NCBI GenBank assembly: GCA_913060595.1
Contig: CAJXSA010000001.1
Span: forward strand, 1-32,859
DNA: 32,859 nucleotides
Direction of reading: 5' to 3'
DNA from: an uncultured Ignavibacteria bacterium
GTDB lineage: Bacteria; Bacteroidota; Ignavibacteria; SZUA-365
Program-made: the position numbers and the translations under genes
The notes under the pieces: model-generated
The model's database searches: none
What the model was told of the DNA's origin: nothing
The model's input: only the letters and a program-made list of their open reading frames with translations
In this document: positions 15,801 to 24,628 of the stretch, piece by piece
Numbering within the stretch: the stretch's first letter is position 1
Layout: each line of letters starts with the position of its first letter

Positions 15801-18800
15801 GCTTCATTTACGGTAGCGGCTATGACCGCGTGCATGCGCTGTACCGTGTGGACTTTCGCGGCCGCGCGGAGAGGGAGGAATGGCTCTCGCTGTCGGACGG
15901 ACAGCATGCGTTCACGCTGCCGGTGTCTGAGAAACACCGCGGCGGTTTTTCCGCCAACGTGTATTTCGTGCGCCACTATCGTCTGTATCAGAAGAGCGTG
16001 CGCATTCACGTCCCGTGGTCGAACAAGGAACTGACGCTCGAGACCGCGACCTTCCGCGACAAACTGCGACCGGGACAGCAGGAGGAATGGAAGATCACGA
16101 TCAAGGGACCCGCGCGGGATCGCGTCGCGGCAGAAGTGCTGGCGTCGATGTACGACGCATCGCTCGATGCGATATACGCGACATCATGGCCGCGTTTCAC
16201 CTGGCCCTCGTACGCGCGCTACCTCAACATATCGGAGCATAATTTCGGCGCGGCCTCCGCGCAGCTGTACACCGAGGACTGGAATCAGCATGTCTCGTAT
16301 TATCATCAGAGTTACGACATGCTGAATCTCTGGCTGCTCGGACAGGCCGGACGGTATTACGGACGGCAGATGTACAAGTCCGCCCGCATGGAAAGCGGCA
16401 TGGCGATGTCCATGGACGCCGCGGCCCCGCCCCCCTCGGCTGTGGCAGAGATGGCAGACGACGGTCTCGGCCGGGGTGACAAGAAGCAGATGGTGCTTGG
16501 CGAGGAATTGCGGGAGAAAGACGAGGAGGCGCCCGCGTCTGCTGAGAGCGCGGACGGCGGACTCGACATGGTCAAGGCGCGCACGAACTTCAATGAAACC
16601 GCATTTTTCTATCCCGACCTGATGACCGACGAGGACGGCAACGTCGTGCTGCGCTTCACCATCCCGGAAGCGCTCACGCGCTGGAAGCTGCGCATGTTCG
16701 CGCATACGCCGGATCTCAAGACCGGCTATCTCGAACGGGAAACGGTCACGCAGAAAGAGCTGATGGTGATGCCCAACATGCCGCGTTTCCTGCGGGAAAG
16801 CGATCGCGTGGTCCTGGTGACGAAGATCAGCAACCTGTCCGAGGCCAGTCTGCAGGGGGCGGCGACGCTGAAGCTGTTCGACGCCGTGAGCATGCAGCCC
16901 GTCGACGGAGATTTCGGTCTCGTCGACGCGCAGCGTGCATTCTCCATGGAGGCCGGCCGCAGCGCCACGGTGCGCTGGGAGATTCGCGTCCCCGAGGGCG
17001 CGGGTCCCGTGGTGTACCGCGTCGTGGCCAGGGCGGGAGACTTCTCCGACGGCGAGGAAATGGCGCTGCCGGTGCTGCCCAACCGCATGCTCGTCACCGA
17101 GACCATGCCGATGAATATCCGCGGGGGACAGTCAAAATCCTTTACCTTCGACAAACTGGTCAACAGCGGCGCATCGTCCACGCTGCGCCATCATCAGCTC
17201 ACGCTGGAGATGACCTCGCAGCCGGCGTGGTATGCGGTGCAGGCGCTTCCCTACCTGATGGAATATCCCTACGAGTGCTCCGAGCAGGTTTTCAGCCGCT
17301 ACTACGCGAACAGCATCGCCGCGCATATCGTCAACAGCAATCCGAAGATCAAGCGCGTGTTCGAGCAATGGAAGAACACCGATGCGCTGCTGTCCAATCT
17401 CCAGAAGAATCAGGATCTGAAAATGCTGCTGCTGGAGGAGACGCCCTGGGTGCTGCAGGGGAAGGACGAGAGCGAGCGCAAGAAGCGCATCGCCCTGCTG
17501 TTCGATCTCAACACCATGAGCAATCAGCTCGACAACGCTATTCGCAAGCTCGAGAAGGCGCAGGCGAGCAACGGCGGATGGCCCTGGTTCCCGGGCATGC
17601 CCGAGAGCCGCTACATCACGCAGTACATCGTCGCGGGCTTCGGGCATCTTGCGCAGCTCGGTGTGACGCCGCGCGACGAACGCATCGCGCGCATGCTGCG
17701 GCGGGCGGTGGAGTACATCGACGATCGCATGCACGCGGACTATGAGGACCTGAAGCGGCGTGAAGGAAGCTTTGACGACGAGAAAGATTACCTGCGGCAG
17801 CTCGAAATCCAGTATCTCTACGCACGGAGTTATTTCCTCGGACAGGACATCCCGTCGCGCTATGACGAGTCCGTGTCCTTCTGGCGGAAGGAAGCCCGCA
17901 AGTGGTGGGCCCGCCGCGGCTACATGGCACAGGGCATGATCGCGCTGTCACTGCATCGTTTCGAAGAACGTGACGTGCCGCAGGCGGTCGTCCGATCACT
18001 GCGCGAACGATCGCTGCAGAATGAGGAAATGGGCATGTACTGGAAATACGATCGCGGCTGGTTCTGGTACCAGGCACCGATCGAGACGCAGGCGCTGCTC
18101 ATCGAAGTCTTCGACGAAGTGGCGGACGATGGGAAGGCGGTGGACGAGATGAAGATCTGGCTGCTGAAGCAGAAGCAGGTGCAGGACTGGGGTTCCACCG
18201 TCGCCACGGCAGAAGCATGCTATGCTCTGCTGCGGCGCGGCAGCGACCTTCTGGCCTCCGACAAGCTGGTTTCCGTGACAATGGGCGGAGAGCGCATCGA
18301 TCCCCGCGCGATGGGCGCGACCGTGGAGGCCGGCACCGGACATTACCGCGTCGACTGGCGCGGCGGTGAAATCGAGCCTTCCATGGGCAATGTGACCGTG
18401 GAGAAAGAAGACAAGGGCATTGCCTGGGGCGCGCTGTACTGGCAGTATTTCGAGCAGCTCGACAAAATCACCCCGGCGCAGACGCCGCTTCAGATCGAGA
18501 AGGAACTGTATCTGCAGCGGAACACGGAGAAGGGCGTGGTTCTCGAACGCATCACCGAAGAGAACGCACTGCATGTCGGTGACGTGGTCAAGGTGCGCGT
18601 GGTCGTGCGTGTGGACCGCGACATGGAATACGTGCATCTGAAGGACATGCGCGGAGCGGGACTCGAGCTTGTCAACCAGCTCTCAGGCTATCGCTGGAAG
18701 GGCGGACTCGGTTTCTACGAAGCGCCGAAAGACGCGTCGGTGAACTTCTTCTTCCACTGGCTGCGAAAAGGTGTGCACGTGTTCGAGTACCCGCTGCGCG

Positions 18801-18907
18801 TCGCGCAGGAAGGGGAATTCTCGAACGGCATCTCCAGCATACAGTGCATGTACGCGCCCGAGTTCGCCGCGCACACGGCGGGCATACGCGTCACGGTGGA
18901 GGAGTAA
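12839..18907 (+). CDS. Bacterial alpha-2-macroglobulin family protein with an intact thioester motif.
   Basis: 2022 aa with an N-terminal hydrophobic signal/anchor. The thioester motif is YPYECSEQ (CSEQ at 17276..17287). An Ala/Pro/acidic bait-like segment lies at ~16380..16560. The MG-domain-rich architecture is typical of bacterial A2M. Confidence 0.92.
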   Translation: MLLSIRLVFLLLITAPVMFLTTGLLDGNFPTSSVRYDMSGDYAEQWKAVDKALSEGLPKTALELVEVIYARAKKEGNRPQLIRAITYRVALHAVTNEEDEVVLLRDLETEIAQSSQPVRAILTSMLADMYWNYYQQNRWIINDRTQVEAAPEGDFRTWDATVFFDTTAALYLQSLESAAELQKLPAKDWQVILHGGSNSAAYRPTMFDILAHRALAFFQNDEVDLPSPQEDFEVTGLTMLAPLQRFVAEDIVSPNPDNPRYNALLLYQRLLRFHSDKGNTTALVDCDLLRLDFAKNITWHEEKDTTYFEAVRALHDSFRDDPISAQAGYYLARYHHEHGDYVAALARCREEIARFPESRGAVNCRALEANILEKEVQLTVEESTRPDMPILVSAGFRNVKDVHFRIVPLDSEEILSPRRNYHDRREMIGEYLNRSVVASWSQALPDEGDYKLHRADLRAPALPAGAYMLLMSHDSKFSLTGNAIAFARLQVTRLSLQSFQDGDGDQLFWVTDAVDGAPQANVRVEMFTQRWRSRDNRYELTREGRLRTDENGKFRLEAGRHREGVMFRISREGDTLAIGQSFHAWRHGGARTTRRMLFFTDRAIYRPGQTVHVKGIVLEGNPEKADFRVVPDASSTLVFYDANHQKIHEMQVRSNAYGSFNTVFTVPSGVLTGMMSIRNEWGSVGVRVEEYRRPKFEVEFEPVEGTYALNDVVRATGLAKAYAGSNIDGAEVSWRVVRRTRYPYWFWWWRPAPRSAEREIAHGTARTDGDGRFALSFEAIPDKSVDRATLPVFTYEIFADVTDINGETHSATTRVSAGYTSIELSLSLPETLDGSKDYTVALYTRNLGGQPVAADGTVVLERLDAPDRIIRDRVLPEPDTWILSEEEFRRDFPHDVYRDENVPGTWPVAERVLRSDVRNSEEGIDSLRLADLSPGRYRVTFTVPDPSGEELTLVRDITVYRPEDDLPVPMAEFFLAQETSVEPGGSARFIYGSGYDRVHALYRVDFRGRAEREEWLSLSDGQHAFTLPVSEKHRGGFSANVYFVRHYRLYQKSVRIHVPWSNKELTLETATFRDKLRPGQQEEWKITIKGPARDRVAAEVLASMYDASLDAIYATSWPRFTWPSYARYLNISEHNFGAASAQLYTEDWNQHVSYYHQSYDMLNLWLLGQAGRYYGRQMYKSARMESGMAMSMDAAAPPPSAVAEMADDGLGRGDKKQMVLGEELREKDEEAPASAESADGGLDMVKARTNFNETAFFYPDLMTDEDGNVVLRFTIPEALTRWKLRMFAHTPDLKTGYLERETVTQKELMVMPNMPRFLRESDRVVLVTKISNLSEASLQGAATLKLFDAVSMQPVDGDFGLVDAQRAFSMEAGRSATVRWEIRVPEGAGPVVYRVVARAGDFSDGEEMALPVLPNRMLVTETMPMNIRGGQSKSFTFDKLVNSGASSTLRHHQLTLEMTSQPAWYAVQALPYLMEYPYECSEQVFSRYYANSIAAHIVNSNPKIKRVFEQWKNTDALLSNLQKNQDLKMLLLEETPWVLQGKDESERKKRIALLFDLNTMSNQLDNAIRKLEKAQASNGGWPWFPGMPESRYITQYIVAGFGHLAQLGVTPRDERIARMLRRAVEYIDDRMHADYEDLKRREGSFDDEKDYLRQLEIQYLYARSYFLGQDIPSRYDESVSFWRKEARKWWARRGYMAQGMIALSLHRFEERDVPQAVVRSLRERSLQNEEMGMYWKYDRGWFWYQAPIETQALLIEVFDEVADDGKAVDEMKIWLLKQKQVQDWGSTVATAEACYALLRRGSDLLASDKLVSVTMGGERIDPRAMGATVEAGTGHYRVDWRGGEIEPSMGNVTVEKEDKGIAWGALYWQYFEQLDKITPAQTPLQIEKELYLQRNTEKGVVLERITEENALHVGDVVKVRVVVRVDRDMEYVHLKDMRGAGLELVNQLSGYRWKGGLGFYEAPKDASVNFFFHWLRKGVHVFEYPLRVAQEGEFSNGISSIQCMYAPEFAAHTAGIRVTVEE

Positions 18908-18908
18908 G

Positions 18909-19727
18909 TCATGCGCTTCCTTTCCCCGCATGATCCGCGGCGTCACTGTCAAGGTAGACATCGCCTCTGAGGGGGCGAAACGCGAACAGATGCTGACGGA
19001 TATAGTTTGTCGGAAAGTCGATTTCTCGAAGCCCGTATGCCGCGGGCTTCTTTTTTTTCGGCAGGTACGCCGTTCCGAAGAGCCAGTCCCAGATCGCCAG
19101 CTTGGTGGAAAAATTATACGAACCGTCGGCGACCACGTCCGAATGATGCCAGCGATGCATTTCCGGTCCGTTGATCACGTATTGCAGCGGTCCCGTGCGC
19201 ACGTCGATGTTCGAGTGAATCCACATTCCCCACACGGCGGAGACGACGCCTTTGAGCAGCGCCACTTCTGGTGCCGCTCCGAGAAGGATGATTGGTGCGA
19301 ACTCGACGGTCTGATTGATGAGGATTTCGAGGGCATGCGAGCGTGATCCCGACAGCCAGTCCACATCCTTCGTGGAGTGATGCGCTTCATGCACGCGCCA
19401 GAGCCGGATGGAGCGGTGCTGGACGCGATGGAACCAGTAGATATACAGGTCATGTGTGATGACGAAAAGAAGGAGCTGCTGCCATACCGGCCAGTCTGAG
19501 ATCAGCTGCAGTCGGGACAGTGACACGGACTGATCTATCCACGCGATGAGCCAGGAAATGAGCAGTCCCAGGACGTAACTCTGCACGATGGAGTAAAGAA
19601 CGAGATCGTTCCAGAAGCCCTCGCGAAGAAACCCCTGGCGTCGGTCATACGGAAAGCGGCGCTCGAGGATGACGATCACGGCGGCAGTGGCCACGATGAA
19701 CAGGGTGGAGAAGTATTCGAGTGTCAT
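18909..19727 (-). CDS. Fatty acid hydroxylase / sterol desaturase superfamily membrane protein.
   Basis: 272 aa with several TM helices. Histidine boxes are HDLYIYWFHRVQH, HEAHH and HRWHH. Confidence 0.85.
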   Translation of the reverse strand: MTLEYFSTLFIVATAAVIVILERRFPYDRRQGFLREGFWNDLVLYSIVQSYVLGLLISWLIAWIDQSVSLSRLQLISDWPVWQQLLLFVITHDLYIYWFHRVQHRSIRLWRVHEAHHSTKDVDWLSGSRSHALEILINQTVEFAPIILLGAAPEVALLKGVVSAVWGMWIHSNIDVRTGPLQYVINGPEMHRWHHSDVVADGSYNFSTKLAIWDWLFGTAYLPKKKKPAAYGLREIDFPTNYIRQHLFAFRPLRGDVYLDSDAADHAGKGSA

Positions 19728-19749
19728 GTCGTGTGATTATTGACGGTTG

Positions 19750-19789
19750 CACTGCGCCGGACACCGTTCCTACGGTACCCGGCGCAGTG
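19750..19789 (-). other. Long GC-rich intergenic stem-loop between the NeuB-like gene and the hydroxylase gene. It has no U-tract.
   Basis: The 11-bp perfect outer stem is CACTGCGCCGG (19750..19760) / CCGGCGCAGTG (19779..19789). The 5-bp inner stem is ACCGT (19763..19767) / ACGGT (19772..19776) with loop TCCT. Confidence 0.4.
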
Positions 19790-19807
19790 TATCGGCTGTG
19801 CGTGGTA

Positions 19808-20746
19808 TCAGGCGCTGGCGACTGCAGCGACGGTCTGCACGCGGCGCAGTTTCTTTTTCGGCGCGAGTTCGCTTTCGTAGACGCGCTTCACACCATCGCC
19901 GAGGGCTTTCTCTATATCGCGAATGTTGCTGACGAGCCGGTAGAGGCCGCCCAGTTCCACGCTCGCGGCGTGATCGGATCCCCACATCGCACGGTCGAGG
20001 GTGATATGGCGCTCGATGAAGGTTGCTCCCATGGATACCGCGGCCCATGTCGGTGCGAGGCCGGTCTCATGCCCGGAATAGCCGATCGGCGTGCCGGGAT
20101 AGCGGGATTTCAGGGTATCGAGCATGCGCAGGTTCAATTCGTTCAAATCGCAGGGATACGCGGACGTGCTGTGTGCGATCAGGAGGTTGTCCGTTCCGAG
20201 CGCGTCGACGGCGGTCTCAATTTCCTCCATCGTCGACATGCCGGTACTGATCATGAGGGGTTTGCCGGTTGCCATTGTGTGGCGCAGCAGGTCGAGATCG
20301 GTCAGCGACGCCGACGGAGCCTTGTAGAGTACGGGATCAAACTCGTTTATCAGGTCGACAGAAGGCTCATCCCAGCAGGATGCAAACCACTGAATTCCTT
20401 TCTCCTTGCAGTACGCATCGATCTCGGCATACTCCTCCCGGCCGAATTCAATCAGGTGGCGGTAGTCGATGTAGCTCATGCGCCCCCAGAGTGTGTCACG
20501 CATCACGTCCCACTGATCCCGCGGCACGCACAGTTCAGGGGTGCGCTTCTGGAACTTGACGGCGTCACATCCGGCGAGTGCCGCACCGTCTATGAGCTTC
20601 TTCGCAAGCTCGAGCGAGCCGTTGTGGTTGATACCGATTTCAGCGATGACGTAGACGGGCTGTCCTTCGCCCACCATTCTGTCCCCGATACTCCGGATCG
20701 CATTGCGCATAGTCTTGCCCTTTCCTTGAGAAACAATGTGTTTCAT
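19808..20746 (-). CDS. NeuB-family PEP-condensing sugar-acid synthase (N-acetylneuraminate synthase-like). It appears to lack the C-terminal SAF domain.
   Basis: IGEGQPVYVIAEIGINHNGSLELAKKLIDGAALAGCDAVKFQKR is the canonical NeuB/SpsE N-terminus. The protein ends ~25 aa after the TIM-barrel region (..KRVYESELAPKKKLRRVQTVAAVASA), leaving no room for a SAF/antifreeze-like domain. The start is ATG 20746 or the Met 12 codons downstream. Confidence 0.82.
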   Translation of the reverse strand: MKHIVSQGKGKTMRNAIRSIGDRMVGEGQPVYVIAEIGINHNGSLELAKKLIDGAALAGCDAVKFQKRTPELCVPRDQWDVMRDTLWGRMSYIDYRHLIEFGREEYAEIDAYCKEKGIQWFASCWDEPSVDLINEFDPVLYKAPSASLTDLDLLRHTMATGKPLMISTGMSTMEEIETAVDALGTDNLLIAHSTSAYPCDLNELNLRMLDTLKSRYPGTPIGYSGHETGLAPTWAAVSMGATFIERHITLDRAMWGSDHAASVELGGLYRLVSNIRDIEKALGDGVKRVYESELAPKKKLRRVQTVAAVASA

Positions 20747-20855
20747 GGAAAGCTAGGGCGATGCGGTTACGGAATGTTGAGCGTTGAGTTAAATGATGTT
20801 GAACGATGCGTTCAATAGCGGTGAGCGAAGTGTTCGGGAAGCATGAGTGACGCCT

Positions 20856-21431
20856 TCAGTGCGCGGCTCCCTGCCGGAGTGTGATGATCGCTTCGGCGAA
20901 ATCCCTGAAGGCGCCGTTCCCGCCGCGCCACGCACAGATGTACTGGGCAAGTGAGAGGACCTGCGGCATGGCATCCGCCGGCGCGGCGGTCAGACCGCGT
21001 TCACCGATAACATCCATGATACCGAGATCGTTGACATCGTCGCCGATGTAGGCGATCTCTTCCACGGACAGGCCGGTATCGTGCCTGATGCGGTCCAGGG
21101 CGGCAATCTTGTCCTTGATGCCAAGATAGAGGTGCGGCAGGCGAAGCTTCTCGGCACGCTTCTTTAGGTTCAGAGATTTCTCCCCGGTGATGATTCCGCT
21201 CTGAACACCGATCAGGCCCAGCCGTTCCATGCCCATGCCATCGCGGATGCTGTAGCGTTTCACAACTTCCCCTTCCGAGCCGTAGTACACCCCCGTATCG
21301 GTCAGTACGCCATCGTTGTCGGAGAGAACGAGGCGGATACGCCGCGCGCGTCGGGCGGCTTCCTCGAATGAAAGATGCTTGAGGCTCCCGAGCAGTTCAG
21401 GGAGTATCGTGTCGGCAGGCAGAGTTTTCAT
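20856..21431 (-). CDS. KdsC/YrbI-type HAD phosphatase (ulosonic-acid-phosphate phosphatase family).
   Basis: 191 aa. LVLSDNDGVLTD is HAD motif I; also GIITGEKS and YIGDDVNDL, as in Kdo-8-P / Kdn-9-P / Neu5Ac-9-P phosphatases. Confidence 0.8.
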   Translation of the reverse strand: MKTLPADTILPELLGSLKHLSFEEAARRARRIRLVLSDNDGVLTDTGVYYGSEGEVVKRYSIRDGMGMERLGLIGVQSGIITGEKSLNLKKRAEKLRLPHLYLGIKDKIAALDRIRHDTGLSVEEIAYIGDDVNDLGIMDVIGERGLTAAPADAMPQVLSLAQYICAWRGGNGAFRDFAEAIITLRQGAAH

Positions 21432-21481
21432 GCCGCCAAATTACCGGTCCCCTGCGTCACATGCAATGCGCGCCGAGCGGA

Positions 21482-22297
21482 TCACCACGCGGTCCACCCT
21501 CCGTCGACTACGAGATTTCCTCCTGTCATGTAACTCGAGGCATCGCTGGCGAGGAATACAAGCGCGCCGTGGTAGTCGGTGGGCTGCGCCATTCTGCCGA
21601 TTGGTGTACGCTCTGCGTATCTGCGGACAAAGTGAGGAGACTGTCCGTTCTCCACGCCACCGGGAGAGAGCGTGTTCACGCGCACGCCGGCCTGCCCCCA
21701 GTATGCAGCGAGAAATCGCGTGAAGTTGATGATGGCTCCCTTGGCGGTCGGGTAGACCGCGGATTTGTAAAATGTCTGTTGTCCCGATTCGTCGCGATAC
21801 AGCGACTGATCGGGGCCCACGATGCCGTACGTTGACGCGATGTTGACGATGCTGCCCCGTCCCTGTTCTGCCATGTGCCGGCCGAACACCTGGCTGCAGA
21901 GGAAAGTCCCGGTGACATTGACGTCGAGGCATTTGCGCCAGAGATCGATTGGGTAGTTTTCGAATCGGCTCGCTTCGACTGCAGATACCGGATCTTCCAC
22001 CATGTCGTTGATCGCCGCGTTGTTCACCAGGATGTGGATTCCGTCCATGTGCTGCAGCGTTTCTTCTGCGAGTCTGCTGACCGTTGCTGCGTCGGTGATA
22101 TCCGCGCCGATTCCGATGGCGGAGACGCCGCTTTCTTCGCGCAGCTGGGCGGCGAACTGCCTGCATGCGGCGTCATCGAGATCGGTGACGACGACACCGG
22201 CTCCGGCGCCGGCCAGTGCGCGGCAGTGCTCTCGTCCGATGAGGCCGAGCGCTCCGGTCACCACCGCGTTTTTTCCTTCGAGAGAATACAGGTTCAT
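21482..22297 (-). CDS. Short-chain dehydrogenase/reductase (SDR).
   Basis: GKNAVVTGALGLIG (TGxxGxxG), NNAAIN, catalytic YPTAKGA (YxxxK). 271 aa. Confidence 0.9.
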   Translation of the reverse strand: MNLYSLEGKNAVVTGALGLIGREHCRALAGAGAGVVVTDLDDAACRQFAAQLREESGVSAIGIGADITDAATVSRLAEETLQHMDGIHILVNNAAINDMVEDPVSAVEASRFENYPIDLWRKCLDVNVTGTFLCSQVFGRHMAEQGRGSIVNIASTYGIVGPDQSLYRDESGQQTFYKSAVYPTAKGAIINFTRFLAAYWGQAGVRVNTLSPGGVENGQSPHFVRRYAERTPIGRMAQPTDYHGALVFLASDASSYMTGGNLVVDGGWTAW

Positions 22298-22305
22298 GGC
22301 AGGGA

Positions 22306-23259
22306 TCAGTTGTTTCGAATATTGAGTTCCAGTTCCGCCTGCACGGGATAGTGATCGGAGAGCGTGAAATCGTGCAGTACTCCGTAGTTGTGCACGTGCC
22401 AGTGCCGGCTGAACATGATGTAGTCGAGTGTGCGATTCGGCAGGCCTGTCGGATATGTGTAGCAGCGCAGCGCTTCATCATGCGGAACAGTGCGCAGGCC
22501 GGCATCTTCGAGGACGGTCAGGGTTTGATCATCCTCGTAGTTGTAGCGATCGATATCGCCTTCCCCGAACTTCTCCGTGCGCATGCCAGGAGGCACGGTA
22601 TTGAAATCGCCCATGAACACGATGGGCACGTCGCCGAGCTTTCTCACTACGTCCGCGATCGAACGTGCCTGCCGCATGCGGGCCTGGGGATTGTAGGCAT
22701 GCAGATGCGTGTTGCCGATCCAAATGATGGTGTCCTTGAGCAGAAACGGGGCGAGAGAAAACCCGCAGGAGGCGAGAAAGAATACCTTGCCCGGAAGAAC
22801 GCTGTTGTAGGCGTGCTCGGTCAGCTTCGGGAGCTGGCTCAGCATGAGATTCTGATAGCGGAAGCCAGCGAATCCGACACCGTGTTCAACGAGCGAGGCA
22901 AAGCCGCTGAGGACGCGATAATGATCCCTCTGTCGGTATTTGCCCACGATTTTTTCGCTCACTCCGAGGATGCCGTTGAACACTTCCTGGAGTGCGACCA
23001 CATCATAGTGCTCACGGTGTTTGTTGAGCCAGTCGGAGATGAAATAGGCATAGGCACGGGTCTCGTGCATGAGTTCGATACGCTGCCCCTCCTCTTCGGT
23101 TGCTTTCGAGAGCAGAAACGGAAGCTTGGGACCCTGTCCTCTGTGTGTGTTGATCGTGAGACAGCGAAGCCGGTATGGCCGGATCAGTGTCTGCTGCGCG
23201 GGTGACTGCAGCAGCTGATCGCGTTGTCTGTGTGCTTCATGAGCGATACGAGTGATCAT
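22306..23259 (-). CDS. Endonuclease/exonuclease/phosphatase (EEP) family phosphoesterase.
   Basis: Trimmed to ATG 23259 to remove the overlap with the aminotransferase. Motifs are ALQEV, GDFN and the C-terminal LSDHYPV, typical of EEP/sphingomyelinase-like enzymes. Confidence 0.75.
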   Translation of the reverse strand: MITRIAHEAHRQRDQLLQSPAQQTLIRPYRLRCLTINTHRGQGPKLPFLLSKATEEEGQRIELMHETRAYAYFISDWLNKHREHYDVVALQEVFNGILGVSEKIVGKYRQRDHYRVLSGFASLVEHGVGFAGFRYQNLMLSQLPKLTEHAYNSVLPGKVFFLASCGFSLAPFLLKDTIIWIGNTHLHAYNPQARMRQARSIADVVRKLGDVPIVFMGDFNTVPPGMRTEKFGEGDIDRYNYEDDQTLTVLEDAGLRTVPHDEALRCYTYPTGLPNRTLDYIMFSRHWHVHNYGVLHDFTLSDHYPVQAELELNIRNN

Positions 23260-23284
23260 GGGCGTCTGCCAGTAAGTGAACGCA

Positions 23285-24622
23285 CTATTTGCTGCGGCGC
23301 GCCTTCGTGTGGAAATTGCTGGTGCGGCGAAATACCGGTTCCACCGGCTCTCCGCGAAGCTCCGCGTCAAGGCTGTCATTGGCCAGGGCGCTGCGCAGGA
23401 GCGGCAGCACCTCGCGGTACGCTCTCAGCGTATATTCGATATCCGCTTCCGTATGGCTGTAGCTGATGGTGTGGAAGCCGGACCAGAGTATGCCCCGCTT
23501 GATCATTTCCTGCTGAACGAAGGATTTCTGAAGGAGCGGATTCGCCGTGGCGGGATCGAAGGTCACGATCGTGCGCGGCGGGAAGCCCTTGCATTGCACG
23601 CCGGGCATGCCGAGTTCCGCGGTGATGGCATTCAGCCCGTCCCGCAGCCGGGTTCCAAGCTGGAAGAAGTGTTCCTGCACGTTCTTCTCCCGCATCTCGG
23701 TGATGGTTGCTTTGGCCGCAGCCAGGGAGAGCGCCTCTCCGCCGAATGTCGTGTAGAAGAACACATCCTCAGCGCAGAGCTGCATGATGTCACGACGGCC
23801 CGTCAGGACCGAGAGCGGCATCCCGTTCGCGATCGCTTTGGAGAAGCAGGCGAGGTCGGCTTTGATCCCGAAATACTCCTGCGCACCCCCGAGGGCGAGC
23901 CGGAAACCGGTCCACATCTCATCGAAGATCAGCAGCGTCCCGTTCCGCTCACATGCGTCTTTCAGCTCGTGCAGAAAATTCTTCTCCGGCGGATCAAAGA
24001 CGACGGGTTCGAGAATGACGCATGCCGTGTCCTCGTCGAGGGAGTCTATCACCGACTGAATGTCGTTGTAGGCGACCGTGTAGGTCAGGTTCTGCACCGC
24101 GGAGGGAATTCCACGATTTCTGTCCGTGGTCGAGATGTACCAGTCATGCCAGCCGTGATAGCCGCAGCAGAGAACGGTGTCGCGGCCGGTGTAGGCACGC
24201 GCCAGTCGCACGGCGGCGGACGTAACGTCGTTGCCGGATTTGGAATATCGGACCATCTCCGCGTTCGGAATGATGTCACGAAGCATCTCCGCGAGTTCCA
24301 CTTCCAGCGGGTGAACGAGTGAATAGGTAATCCCGCGTGCGAGCTGCTCCCGTATCGCCGAATCCACGGCTTCATATGCGTATCCCAGGGAAATGGGACC
24401 AATTCCCATGTTGTAGTCGATGAAGGCGTTTCCGTCGACGTCATACAGATGTGCGCCGATTGCATGGTCGGCGAATTTCGGCGCGACGCCTCGGACGTAC
24501 TGTCCCGGGCCTTTCGCAAGCGTTTGTGTCTGAGCGGGAATCAGGTCGAGCGCACGTGCGTACAATGCGTCGGATTCCTCGATGGAAGGATAGCTGCTGT
24601 TGAACGCGATGGTGTTGGGCAT
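23285..24622 (-). CDS. Class-III PLP aminotransferase (glutamate-1-semialdehyde aminomutase-like).
   Basis: 445 aa. Motifs are HLYDVDGNAFIDYNMGIGPISLGY, GNDVTSAAVRLAR, LIFDEMWTGFR, and the PLP-lysine context ACFSKAIANG. Confidence 0.9.
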   Translation of the reverse strand: MPNTIAFNSSYPSIEESDALYARALDLIPAQTQTLAKGPGQYVRGVAPKFADHAIGAHLYDVDGNAFIDYNMGIGPISLGYAYEAVDSAIREQLARGITYSLVHPLEVELAEMLRDIIPNAEMVRYSKSGNDVTSAAVRLARAYTGRDTVLCCGYHGWHDWYISTTDRNRGIPSAVQNLTYTVAYNDIQSVIDSLDEDTACVILEPVVFDPPEKNFLHELKDACERNGTLLIFDEMWTGFRLALGGAQEYFGIKADLACFSKAIANGMPLSVLTGRRDIMQLCAEDVFFYTTFGGEALSLAAAKATITEMREKNVQEHFFQLGTRLRDGLNAITAELGMPGVQCKGFPPRTIVTFDPATANPLLQKSFVQQEMIKRGILWSGFHTISYSHTEADIEYTLRAYREVLPLLRSALANDSLDAELRGEPVEPVFRRTSNFHTKARRSK

Positions 24623-24628
24623 GGGATT

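Noticed and set aside
12812-18961. Many antisense or alternate-frame ORFs inside the alpha-2-macroglobulin gene (e.g. 12812..14257, 14435..15520, 17132..17734, 17996..18637).
   Set aside because: They show the same GC-driven open-frame artefact and have no family motifs. The + strand ORF is a continuous 2022-aa protein with a thioester motif.
19051-19058. T8 homopolymer (A8 on the coding strand, encoding KKKK) inside the GC-rich fatty-acid hydroxylase gene, considered as a slipped-strand switch.
   Set aside because: It is a single modest tract encoding a plausible cytoplasmic lysine patch. There is no evidence of frameshifted variants in this window.
19721-20818. 365-aa plus-strand ORF covering the NeuB-like gene.
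   Set aside because: It is antisense to a gene with the canonical AEIGINHNG NeuB signature, and its composition is typical of shadow ORFs.
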